Shown here: positions 55,014 through 64,000 of the stretch, in pieces
Numbering within the stretch: position 1 is the stretch's first letter
Layout of the letters: every line of letters starts with the position of its first letter
IMG/VR virus record: IMGVR_UViG_3300024308_000302
Span: 62,001-126,000 of that record
Reading direction: 5' to 3' (one strand)
DNA length: 64,000 nucleotides
The notes under the pieces: model-generated
The model's input: only the letters and a program-made list of their open reading frames with translations
Database searches by the model: none
What the model was told of the DNA's origin: nothing
Position numbers and translations under genes: made by a program

Positions 55014-55451
55014 TTAAAGAAAATCTGCCAACATTTTGATGGCTGCATTTCCACGAACAAAAGTTTGCTCAACACGACCATCAGTATATTGCGTAATGAT
55101 AGTGATTTCTGGCTGAGTTTTTGAGCGTACAAAGACAGCAAAAGAGTCATCAAAACATAATGATTCATTCACTACCATACCAATCGTTACATAAAAATTC
55201 TGACCTGTAATATAGCTATTCACCAAGTTTGCAAACTCTTTAGTGACATATTCGGGAGTTTTATCAGAAAACCAAGCATTTGGATAACCACTGAGTGTTT
55301 CTTCATCATCATCAATAACAACATCAGCACTAGTACATTTTAGTTGCTTAAGGGTGATTTCAGACATTCCAATAGAAATAGTTGAAGTTGGGTAATAACT
55401 CATAAAATAAAAGCCATCGTCTTGCGGAATTTTTTCTTTCAAAATAAGCAT
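55014..55451 (-). CDS. hypothetical protein
   Basis: 145 aa, GGAG RBS. Confidence 0.8.
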   Translation of the reverse strand: MLILKEKIPQDDGFYFMSYYPTSTISIGMSEITLKQLKCTSADVVIDDDEETLSGYPNAWFSDKTPEYVTKEFANLVNSYITGQNFYVTIGMVVNESLCFDDSFAVFVRSKTQPEITIITQYTDGRVEQTFVRGNAAIKMLADFL

Positions 55452-55524
55452 TAATTTTCTCCAAAACGTTGTCTATTGATTAGGGCTATAATACTAAAAA
55501 GCATACATTACGTCAAAGATTTTC

Positions 55525-56478
55525 TCAAATGATTTTGAATTTTTTTACACCACCAAGAGAAAAATGAGCTATTTTGAAGTCCACCAACCTATACAGCAAG
55601 TCCAAAGTATAAGCAGAATCGTTGCCAGCATTATGAAGATAGCTTGAAAAATGGTTGACTTTAAGAGCTTTCAAAGCATCTTTAAGCGAAATATAATGAT
55701 TTTTGGCTGATTTTGCTGCAATGGATTCACATTCATTATAAATAACAGAAGATGTATCAATACATTTAATATGTTCAATTTGAGTCATATCAAAATTACA
55801 ATGACGCAAAATTTTGAATTCAATAGGTAATGCGTGACCAATAATAAAATCAACATCTTTTAGATGCTCAATGAGGATTGGGGCAAAATCATCATGAGTT
55901 ACGAGCACAGATGTGCCAAATTTGAAAGTGTCCATTCGTTTTTTAGTTGTTGTATAGTGAAAATGATTAACAACGCCATCAAAAGAAATAGTGACGCCCA
56001 TTTCAAAGATTTCTATTTTTTTTGATGAATCACGATATTCAAAATCAAGGGAAAGAATCTTTTTTCCTTCCAAGCTAATAGGAAGGGGAGATTCAAATTT
56101 TTCTGCAAATGCAGCTTTCTTTTCTTTGCGAACAGCAATACGTTTTTGTTCAATATCATTGAAAATAAGTTTGAATTCTTCATGGGAAGAAACATCAAAA
56201 AATTCAAGTTTTTCTTTTGAAAATTTTGCATACTTTTTGAATGCTGTAACTTTAAGTTCCAAAGAAAATAAACTATTTACATAATCAATAATTGGAATCA
56301 AAGAATTTTTTCCAATATGAATTTTATCTTCAAATATACAGAAAGAAGAAACAAGACCTTTATCAAAAAGATCTTGTTCATTGAAAACAGATTTAAATTG
56401 TGAAGCCAAATCACGATTTTCAATAAAAATAGATTGATTTAAAAAAGTAGATTTGAGAACTGCAAAGTTATAAATCAT
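55525..56478 (-). CDS. DEDDh 3'-5' exonuclease domain protein
   Basis: LDFEY, IIGH, IDTS, HNAGNDSAYT. Confidence 0.85.
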   Translation of the reverse strand: MIYNFAVLKSTFLNQSIFIENRDLASQFKSVFNEQDLFDKGLVSSFCIFEDKIHIGKNSLIPIIDYVNSLFSLELKVTAFKKYAKFSKEKLEFFDVSSHEEFKLIFNDIEQKRIAVRKEKKAAFAEKFESPLPISLEGKKILSLDFEYRDSSKKIEIFEMGVTISFDGVVNHFHYTTTKKRMDTFKFGTSVLVTHDDFAPILIEHLKDVDFIIGHALPIEFKILRHCNFDMTQIEHIKCIDTSSVIYNECESIAAKSAKNHYISLKDALKALKVNHFSSYLHNAGNDSAYTLDLLYRLVDFKIAHFSLGGVKKFKII

Positions 56479-56596
56479 GGTTAATCCTATTTTCATTAAT
56501 CAAAGGAATTTAAATAATTAATGCATTATAGCATAGGCTGGAGAAAAAGACCAACAAAAAAGGGCCGACTGGCCCTCTCTGAAACTTTTTTGATGT

Positions 56597-56986
56597 TTAA
56601 ATAGTCATCATGGATCTTAAAATCAAATGATCTTTAATGGACACATCTTCGTTGATAGTATCTCTCATTCTGATAATGTTCTCAATCATAGACTTGATTA
56701 CCATTTTATTTAAAATCATATCTGGAGACAAGAGTAAATTTTCTATAGTTGTACCAGCATAGGAAAACAAAAAATATTTATTTTTTATAACTATATCTAT
56801 ATCAAGCGATCTTTCTTGAAAGTGATAACGAAGAGAAAATGGACTATAGCCTATATATAAATTTTCTAACTCTAAACATGAAATTCCATTTGGATTTGAA
56901 TTATTTATAAATTTATCATATAAATCATCAAAGCCGATAAGTTCGACTGCAAATTTAAAAGATAATGATTCGATATCGTGTTCCAT
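56597..56986 (-). CDS. hypothetical protein
   Basis: 129 aa, GAGG RBS. Confidence 0.75.
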   Translation of the reverse strand: MEHDIESLSFKFAVELIGFDDLYDKFINNSNPNGISCLELENLYIGYSPFSLRYHFQERSLDIDIVIKNKYFLFSYAGTTIENLLLSPDMILNKMVIKSMIENIIRMRDTINEDVSIKDHLILRSMMTI

Positions 56987-56993
56987 AAAAACC

Positions 56994-58061
56994 TCAGAAT
57001 GAATAAATATTCATTTTAGGAAGTTCCCAAAGATAAGGTGCAATTTTAATACGTTTCTTTTGAATATTATAAGGATGCTCAATAAATTCAACCATTTGAA
57101 GAACAGCCATCAAAGTATAAGCCGCATCATTACCAGCATTATGCAAAATCAAAGAGTTATGTTCAATTTTCAAAATATGAAGCATATTTGACAAAGAAAC
57201 AGATTTATTTTTCATGTTTTCAAAGTAAAAATTGAAACGAGATTTCATTAGACCTTGAGAATCAATTACTTTCAGGTTATCAATAGACAGAATATCAATA
57301 CCATGATGTTTGAGAACAATATGTTCACTTGAAACAGAATGGCCAATAAGGTAATCAACATTAAGCAAGCGATCTTTAACAATAATCAACAATTCTTGAA
57401 CTGTAACAAATTGACTGTTACCAAACAGAAACTTATTACTTACATCTTTAGGATAGTGGTTCTCACCAATAGTGTCATTAACAATATAATGCTCATAGCT
57501 AATGACACCATCCTTAAAAATAGCCATACCACATTCCAAAATCGTCCAGTCTTTATTGGAATCAAACTCAAAATCAATAGCCATGATACGATTTGACTTG
57601 AAATTGGCAGATAACTGACTATTGAGTTTTTCTGTAATTTGAATTTTTTCTATACTTTCGGCTTTCTTTTCTTCTTTAATAGCAGCCCGAACAGCATCTT
57701 TACTTTCTTTATGCTCACCATTCATATTGAAACGAATTTGCTCAACAGCATCTTCAAATGTCAAGTAATCAGAAACTGTAAATGCAATTTCAGCTTTAGT
57801 TGATTGCGGGTCTTGAATATCAAATCCAAATTGATTTTTAATAGCATTCATGATTTTTGCAAGTTGCATTTCATCAAAAAGAATTGTTGAGCTTTTAGAA
57901 ACATAAAGTTCATCAACAAAATCTTTTTTTGCAACTTTAGAAAGCTTATAATTTTCCATGAAATCTGCAAAGACAATTTTTCTTTCTTTTTTAGTCTTAA
58001 ATTGATCAATCAAGCTTTCTTTGAAAGCTACTTGAACAGAGTTCCAGAAATAAAGGTTCAT
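56994..58061 (-). CDS. DEDDh 3'-5' exonuclease domain protein (paralogue of 55525..56478)
   Basis: IDFEF, LIGH, IDSQ, HNAGNDAAYT. Confidence 0.85.
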   Translation of the reverse strand: MNLYFWNSVQVAFKESLIDQFKTKKERKIVFADFMENYKLSKVAKKDFVDELYVSKSSTILFDEMQLAKIMNAIKNQFGFDIQDPQSTKAEIAFTVSDYLTFEDAVEQIRFNMNGEHKESKDAVRAAIKEEKKAESIEKIQITEKLNSQLSANFKSNRIMAIDFEFDSNKDWTILECGMAIFKDGVISYEHYIVNDTIGENHYPKDVSNKFLFGNSQFVTVQELLIIVKDRLLNVDYLIGHSVSSEHIVLKHHGIDILSIDNLKVIDSQGLMKSRFNFYFENMKNKSVSLSNMLHILKIEHNSLILHNAGNDAAYTLMAVLQMVEFIEHPYNIQKKRIKIAPYLWELPKMNIYSF

Positions 58062-58238
58062 TTTTGTGATTCCTTGAAAAGATATGGCTATTATACCAAA
58101 AAAAGGGCTTCATGAAAAGAAAAAAATAGAGAAACATGTAAAATATTAAACAAATAATTATAAATGAAATAAATTTCCCTATATGATTATTGATTTTACT
58201 TATAAAATAAATATAATTTAAATAAAAAAGGAGGTTTT

Positions 58239-58835
58239 ATGAGTAAAAATAAAGAAATAACATCATATATTGAGTTATTAAAAAATATACAATTAAAAAA
58301 TGAAAAAATTATAGAATCAATATTTACTGAGCCATATGAATGGTATAAAGGAACACCGACAGAAATAAGAAAAGAAGATTCTATGACTAATGCTTTAATG
58401 TATAATGCATTAGCAAGAAAGATGATTGTTGAATATTATGATAAGTTCATGAATCCAATAAATTTGAAGTTTCTTGTTGAAAGGATTAAAAAAGAGAATG
58501 CTGTTTCTATATACAAAGATGATATAGATTATTTAAATGAAAAATATACAGATTTTATTAACAAAAACAGCTATAATGAACATAATACAGTAGAAAAAAA
58601 TAGTATTAACAAGAATGAATTAAATATAATGATTAATAAAACAATCAATAGTTATGAAGAGTTCAAGGTATTATCAGATTACGTTAAAAATTATAAAGTA
58701 GAAATTACAACATCTTTTTCATTTTTTAGTGTCAACAAAATTGAAATGGTAAGCAAAAACTTAATAGCAAATTATCCATCATTAATTGGTATTTTTGGCA
58801 TTATGATGAATGTAAAAAGAAAAATGAAAGAATAA
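58239..58835 (+). CDS. very AT-rich hypothetical protein
   Basis: 198 aa, AAGGAGG RBS, opposite strand. Confidence 0.8.
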   Translation: MSKNKEITSYIELLKNIQLKNEKIIESIFTEPYEWYKGTPTEIRKEDSMTNALMYNALARKMIVEYYDKFMNPINLKFLVERIKKENAVSIYKDDIDYLNEKYTDFINKNSYNEHNTVEKNSINKNELNIMINKTINSYEEFKVLSDYVKNYKVEITTSFSFFSVNKIEMVSKNLIANYPSLIGIFGIMMNVKRKMKE

Positions 58836-58867
58836 AAGCCACGTATATGGCTTTTAGTTTGCTGTTA

Positions 58868-60403
58868 TTATTTAATACAACCAACTTCACAACTGTATGA
58901 AGCACCTTGCGTCTCAGAAGATATATACCAGTGCCCATTTAAGTTTTTATAGACCTTACAACCAGTAGGACCAGCACCAGAACCAATATATAGACCAGTT
59001 AAAAAACAACCAGAATACTGTCCAAGAGATCGTATAACAGGAGCAGTTGTTCCAGAATCTGAGCCACCACCAGCATAAGTACCCATAGAAATTAAATTAG
59101 ATCCAGAATTATTACTCCATATACCACTTATACAAGATAAAACACCACCTGTTGAATTTCTCGCAAGAGAACCATTAGGTGAACATGAACGACCTTCAAC
59201 CTCAACTTTAGTAAGATTGATATTGTTATCAAATTGAGCAGTACCTCTTGTATGTAAAGTACCATCCATAGATGTATTACCATTAACAACTAAATCATTT
59301 TTAACTGTCAAATAATTAGTATTTACAGCATTTGAAAATATAGTATCAGTATAAAGTTTATTGATCAAACCTTTCTGAGCAGATATGTTGTCAACTACTT
59401 GGTAGGCTACAGTAGATCCATTGTCGTCCATAGAGAATATTCCACATGGAGCAGTCTGAGCAGAATCAACCAATCCATCATCAGTGTTCTTATAAATAGG
59501 GCATAATTTATCAAGCATTATTCTTGAACTGATAGAAGAGTTTGTAACAACATCAACAGCAACAGGTGCTCCTGTCGTATTTTGAATGCCAATACCACAG
59601 TCAACATTAGAAGAGTTCCAAGAACCTGTTACTGTATCTTGTATCCATTTTAAACAAAGAAGTTTATCATTATCTTTAGTTGATTTAAACGTAACTGATG
59701 AACCAATCATAGAATTTGTGCCATCAACTCTTAAATGTTCATTACCACCCTCTCTATCATAAGTAGCAACTAACACACAATTGTTTTTCAAAGCCAAACA
59801 TTCTTTATTAGTTATTTTAGAATTTGTATCGGATGTTGAGGCAAAATAGAATTGATGACCACCAGTAATATTAAGAGAGTCATTTGCTTTTGCTGTCATA
59901 ATTGCTTTGTTATAATATCTGAAATTTTGAGAAAATACTTGTTGATTCTTTGCTTGGAATGTAACTTTGAAGTTCTTTATAAAACCTTCTGCATCTGGTG
60001 TTATCTTTGCCTTAATGTCAAAATTATAAGGTGATTTTGACCAGAAGTTACAAGGAATTAATTGTGTTGATTTTTCTGAGTCCAAAACAGGAACCCAGTT
60101 TTTTGCTCCACCACATGAAGATTGTTGTGCGATAAACTCTGTGCTGAGCATAGAAAGAATAGCATTAGAGCCAACCCATTCAGTGCCATTTTTAAAGTTA
60201 TTGATATCTAATCCATCTACATGAATTCTTTTATCAAATGCCGTAACAATTGAAACAATGTCTTTACCAAATATTAGTGCTTGTTCTTCACGCTGTCTTT
60301 CTAAGTACCAATAAAGAATACCCACAACGATTATCATGATTATACTAAGTGAAATGAGAGTTTCCAGAAGTGTTAAACCATCAGTTTTTTTTATAGATTG
60401 CAT
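58868..60403 (-). CDS. type IV prepilin-like PilV-type tip adhesin
   Basis: Prepilin cleavage G|LTLLE plus TM helix; GRSCSPNGSLARNSTGGVLSCISGIW as in shufflon PilV constant region; Cys-rich C-terminal module. Confidence 0.8.
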   Translation of the reverse strand: MQSIKKTDGLTLLETLISLSIIMIIVVGILYWYLERQREEQALIFGKDIVSIVTAFDKRIHVDGLDINNFKNGTEWVGSNAILSMLSTEFIAQQSSCGGAKNWVPVLDSEKSTQLIPCNFWSKSPYNFDIKAKITPDAEGFIKNFKVTFQAKNQQVFSQNFRYYNKAIMTAKANDSLNITGGHQFYFASTSDTNSKITNKECLALKNNCVLVATYDREGGNEHLRVDGTNSMIGSSVTFKSTKDNDKLLCLKWIQDTVTGSWNSSNVDCGIGIQNTTGAPVAVDVVTNSSISSRIMLDKLCPIYKNTDDGLVDSAQTAPCGIFSMDDNGSTVAYQVVDNISAQKGLINKLYTDTIFSNAVNTNYLTVKNDLVVNGNTSMDGTLHTRGTAQFDNNINLTKVEVEGRSCSPNGSLARNSTGGVLSCISGIWSNNSGSNLISMGTYAGGGSDSGTTAPVIRSLGQYSGCFLTGLYIGSGAGPTGCKVYKNLNGHWYISSETQGASYSCEVGCIK

Positions 60404-60645
60404 ATAGGAAGTGTTGTGACTTTATAATAAAATAACATAGAGTCCAATAATAAAGTATTACAATATGGTTAATATTTGATGAAATTTTTATTAAATTGTT
60501 ATTTATAAAGGATTTTTTGATAATTAATATTATATTTAAATAAATAGTGAATAAAAAATAAATGTTAAAATATATCAAATTATTAGATTAATTAAGAGTG
60601 TTGAATAATATTAAAAAAGCACTTATTTCTAAGTGCTTTATTTAA

Positions 60646-61410
60646 TTATAACAATATTTTTCTAACTCTACAAATTTCTGTATATTCGTAATTTGGATTA
60701 GGGCCAGAAACTGATGGTATGCGATTAGCATTGTGTAGATAAACATAAGAACCTTCTCTATCTGGATCATAATCTGATGGCACATGATACCATGTGTTGG
60801 ATATAACAGATATACCAAAAGTAGATGATTGCATAACATACTTACCGTTTACAGTATCATATGCTGAATAATCAGAATTTATATTAAAAATACATTCTGG
60901 AGTCCAATCAGGGCCTGATTGATCTTCTTGTTCTGGTGGATTATATGGTGGTTCTTCCTCATCATCTTCATATCCACCACCTGATGGCATTGGTACTGTA
61001 GGATAAATTTTACTGTCATCAACACAAATTTCATAGTTATCCATTTGTGGATTAGATTCTTTTAAAGCTCCTTCAGTAACCCCACTTGGCGGGCCACTAT
61101 GACCATTAGATGGACTATAAAACCCTATTATTCTTCCTTGATATACATAACCTTTATCTCCAGCTTTCAAAGCACCCATAGGTTGCTTAAAATAAGTAAC
61201 CATGTAGCCTGTTTCACCATTGTACTGACAATTACCACTCTGGTTGTCATTTGATTCAGAACCACTACCAGAGCCAATAACAATACTACCAGTTGGCAAA
61301 CTGCCACCATTGGTAAGTTCTAATGGAATCAAGACTGAAAACTCTGCAAATGAAGGTGAAACACTTGCAATTGCTACTAACAAGGCAGTTAATTTTATTC
61401 TTTTTTTCAT
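60646..61410 (-). CDS. exported protein, PLE-motif family, two Cys-bounded repeats
   Basis: Signal peptide then EFSVLIPLELTNGGSLPTGSI; C...YEIC and C...TEIC modules. Confidence 0.85.
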   Translation of the reverse strand: MKKRIKLTALLVAIASVSPSFAEFSVLIPLELTNGGSLPTGSIVIGSGSGSESNDNQSGNCQYNGETGYMVTYFKQPMGALKAGDKGYVYQGRIIGFYSPSNGHSGPPSGVTEGALKESNPQMDNYEICVDDSKIYPTVPMPSGGGYEDDEEEPPYNPPEQEDQSGPDWTPECIFNINSDYSAYDTVNGKYVMQSSTFGISVISNTWYHVPSDYDPDREGSYVYLHNANRIPSVSGPNPNYEYTEICRVRKILL

Positions 61411-61562
61411 ATATACCTTAATTATTATATTTCGTATATAAAAAGTTTACTACATTATAAAGATAAGTCAAAGTTTTGACTGAATATATTTAGATAAAAA
61501 TAAATTAAAAGACATTCCGAAGAATGTCAATATATTGTTGTCTATAATTTTAAACTTGTTCA

Positions 61563-62690
61563 CTAACCAAGTTTTTCAATTGTACAAATAACAGGCCGAT
61601 CTGTATACACATTTGAATTATAATTGGTTATTTTATATCTACCCGGAATTACAGGCACAACAACACCACCAAGGTCATCTACAACTTCTTCAAATGACAA
61701 GTTACGTTCGACTGCATATTTTTCAACAAGCTCACTGTTAACAGCTTGAATACACCATGCATCAGTGATCACTTTTCCTTTTGATTTAAATCCTTCATGA
61801 GAAATAGGGAAAATATAGTCCTTTTTAGATCGCCAAGCTTTAGAGTTAACAGCCATAATACTGCCAGTTTTTTTATTGAATGCAATAATAGGAGAAGAGT
61901 TTTGAACTGGAACCATCAATAATCCATGTTTAAGCATAAATTCCTGATGATATAAAGACCCAATAAGAGAATTTGTGTTATTGTAATAACCTGTGCGTTC
62001 TATAATGTAGTTGATAGAATCTGAATGGCCTTGAGGAATCAAATTATTCTGTAGATCATTGGCAAAAACAAGATGATCTGATGTTACATCCATAAAGCTT
62101 TGATGTTCTTCAATGCCATTAGGGTAGTTGCATTTTCTTTGAATTCCTTCACCCCAAATAGAAATTTGTTGAACATCATCAAGTTTATCCCAATGTGGGC
62201 CATCTTTAACCAAAACAGACCCCATAGAAATAACACCATCTTTCATATAGTATGAAGTAGTAGATCCACAAACATGACAATAAGTAGATGGAGCATGAGT
62301 TGGCATAATTGCTTGTTTATAAAAGTAAATTGGAGCATCCATAATTTCATCACGGATTAACTCATAACTTTTTCCCTTTTTAATAGCAATATGAATATCA
62401 CATACCATTGATTTTAAACATGTCATAACATTTTGTTTAATACTTTCTAGAACAAGCTTGGCCATTCTGGATTTATCATTAGCAAGATTCCCCAGAGTGT
62501 AGCCTGAAAAAAGGTTGCTATTGTGCCCACCAAGATCAAGTAGAGTAGAATTGAAAGCATCATTCAATTCGTTTTGAAAAACAGAATGAGTAATAGTATG
62601 TTCAGCCATAGACCAAGAAGTATCGCCAGTGGATGCCGATATGCATTTTTGGTGAATAGCTTTGATTAATTGTTCATAATTAATAATCAT
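61563..62690 (-). CDS. hypothetical protein with CxxC
   Basis: 375 aa; YCHVCG. Confidence 0.85.
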   Translation of the reverse strand: MIINYEQLIKAIHQKCISASTGDTSWSMAEHTITHSVFQNELNDAFNSTLLDLGGHNSNLFSGYTLGNLANDKSRMAKLVLESIKQNVMTCLKSMVCDIHIAIKKGKSYELIRDEIMDAPIYFYKQAIMPTHAPSTYCHVCGSTTSYYMKDGVISMGSVLVKDGPHWDKLDDVQQISIWGEGIQRKCNYPNGIEEHQSFMDVTSDHLVFANDLQNNLIPQGHSDSINYIIERTGYYNNTNSLIGSLYHQEFMLKHGLLMVPVQNSSPIIAFNKKTGSIMAVNSKAWRSKKDYIFPISHEGFKSKGKVITDAWCIQAVNSELVEKYAVERNLSFEEVVDDLGGVVVPVIPGRYKITNYNSNVYTDRPVICTIEKLG

Positions 62691-62786
62691 AGTTAACCTT
62701 TTGGTGAAAATTAATACTTGATTATACAACAAAACAAAATATTTGTCACCAGAAATAAAAAAGACCTCCGAAGAGGTCTTTTAAAT

Positions 62787-62845
62787 GTGTAGTAGGATTC
62801 GAACCTAACAAATGGTTAACAAACCAAGCTCCCAACTGAGTACAC
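62787..62845 (-). ncRNA. miniature tRNA-like RNA (Asn-derived?)
   Basis: GTGTA/TACAC, CTC-AGTTGG-GAG, TGGT-TTGTTA-ACCA, TAGG-TTCGAAT-CCTA; own TTGCAA-17-TATAAT promoter and terminator; no CCA. Confidence 0.55.
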
Positions 62846-62880
62846 TGGCAATTATATCTAATTAGAGGAATTATTGCAAG

Positions 62881-63288
62881 TTAATAAGAATAAAATTTTC
62901 TCATTCTAATTGATTTGTTAATGATTTTCCTAAGCTCTACTTTTTTCTGAACAACATCAGAAGTAGCTTCGATTACCTTGAAAATACGATTTTGTAAGGC
63001 TTCTACATCTTCCTGAAATTTAAAGTAGCGTGATTTAGAGAAGTCATCCATTTCTTCATTGAATTCATCATTTTTCAAGTTAACTATGTCTGTCATGTAA
63101 AGACAGGTAGCATAGTTATTCATGTCAGAATAAAAAGTGGCATTAGCTAAAGAAAGCTCATGTTTAGCCAGAGCAACCATCGAATTTACTGATCGCATTT
63201 TATCAAAAAGAACATTTCGTTTTTTAATGTATACTCGCTTGCATGCACGATAAGCACTAAAACTGTTCAAAAATGACATGGAAAACAT
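62881..63288 (-). CDS. hypothetical helical protein
   Basis: 135 aa, AGGA RBS. Confidence 0.75.
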   Translation of the reverse strand: MFSMSFLNSFSAYRACKRVYIKKRNVLFDKMRSVNSMVALAKHELSLANATFYSDMNNYATCLYMTDIVNLKNDEFNEEMDDFSKSRYFKFQEDVEALQNRIFKVIEATSDVVQKKVELRKIINKSIRMRKFYSY

Positions 63289-63418
63289 CCTATATGTATT
63301 TGAATATCTATTTTAGCAAAATACGATAAGAAAGTAAAGAAAAAAGCCACTCAATTTTCTTTTTAACTGACATATAAACTCCTGCTAAATATGTTATGTA
63401 CTTAATAAAGATAATTAA

Positions 63419-63886
63419 TCAAGTGCAAAACAGACCAGAATCTTTTGAGTATAAAATATGTTCAGCATCATTTTTAACAACGAACATAATTTGACCGGCT
63501 GATTCAACCACTTCTTTATCGTTATGGATATGAGCAAAATAAGTATCACAAGTCAAAACACCAAATGGTTCATGTGCAGTTTCTGGATACAAATCGAAAA
63601 GGACAGACAATTGAGATTTTTTCTGTTCTCCTTTCGAAAACCCAAAAAGAACAAAATCTTCGTCAGCAGTACAAACATCAATATCGAATTTGTATTTATG
63701 TGCCAGTGCAATATCAAGTGGATTATCATTGAATGAGTCCCAACCAACAGGATCGCAATCTGTAAAATCTGCCATCACCTTAGTAAGTTGGTCAGATGAC
63801 AAACTTGAAATTTTAGCCAAAGAAATAGAGTGGGATAGGCCCACAATGTCATGTACTTTAAATTGATTCTCTTGCTCATTAGACAT
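63419..63886 (-). CDS. hypothetical protein
   Basis: Start MSNEQE. Confidence 0.8.
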   Translation of the reverse strand: MSNEQENQFKVHDIVGLSHSISLAKISSLSSDQLTKVMADFTDCDPVGWDSFNDNPLDIALAHKYKFDIDVCTADEDFVLFGFSKGEQKKSQLSVLFDLYPETAHEPFGVLTCDTYFAHIHNDKEVVESAGQIMFVVKNDAEHILYSKDSGLFCT

Positions 63887-63974
63887 GTTTGATATCCACT
63901 GTGTTAATGGATGTATTATATCAAAAAAGGATTTTAAAGTAAATAAAAAACCATGCCGAAGCATGGTTTCTAAG

Positions 63975-64000
63975 TGGTGCCCCCGATAGGAATCGAACCT
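63975..64000 (-). tRNA. 3' end of a tRNA gene truncated by the window edge (isotype unknown)
   Basis: AGG-TTCGATT-CCTAT-CGGGGGC-A-CCA. Confidence 0.85.

Noticed and set aside
58868-59200. Shufflon inversion system at the PilV-like 3' end
   Set aside because: No sfx-like repeats, alternative inverted C-terminal cassettes or Rci recombinase are visible.
74-63736. Numerous plus-strand ORFs in the ORF track overlapping minus-strand genes (e.g. 74..676, 21508..22062, 27803..28417, 33286..33885)
   Set aside because: Antisense shadows: no RBS, atypical composition and fully overlapped by better genes.
1-64000. CRISPR array or anti-CRISPR RNA repeats
   Set aside because: No regularly spaced direct repeats seen by eye; recurring sequences are terminator hairpins.
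1-64000. Stop-codon reassignment (TAG or TGA)
   Set aside because: Recognisable genes are intact under code 11; only one isolated internal TGA in an IS-adjacent remnant, and no canonical suppressor tRNA.

Overview
AT-rich, densely packed accessory (host-takeover) region of what is most likely a large/jumbo dsDNA phage of a gammaproteobacterium. The phage call is inferred from a T4-type RNA ligase 1, an Srd-like protein, CCA-encoding tRNA genes and C(UUCG)G terminators; the SspB homologue looks pseudomonad-like. There are no capsid, tail or replisome genes. About 115 short genes lie almost all on the minus strand, often as one-gene cassettes with a sigma70 promoter and an intrinsic terminator. 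Recognisable products: cytidine deaminase, GNAT, RNA ligase, BI-1/YccA membrane protein, 2H phosphoesterase, HExxH metallopeptidase, HNH nuclease, P-loop kinase, PncC/CinA, SspB, two DEDDh exonucleases, a TnpB with rearranged RuvC and a type IV prepilin PilV-like adhesin. The two most striking unexplained features are: (1) a dispersed set of independently transcribed non-canonical tRNA-like and other structured RNAs (25.2 kb, 43.4 kb, a ~950 nt RNA operon at 52.2-53.1 kb, 62.8 kb, plus ORF-less promoter-terminator units at 22.8-23.4 kb and 49.0-49.2 kb); and (2) a family of exported proteins sharing an N-terminal A-x-Y/F-x-I/V-x-x-P-L motif, one member sitting next to the PilV-like gene. All calls were made by eye, without database searches.
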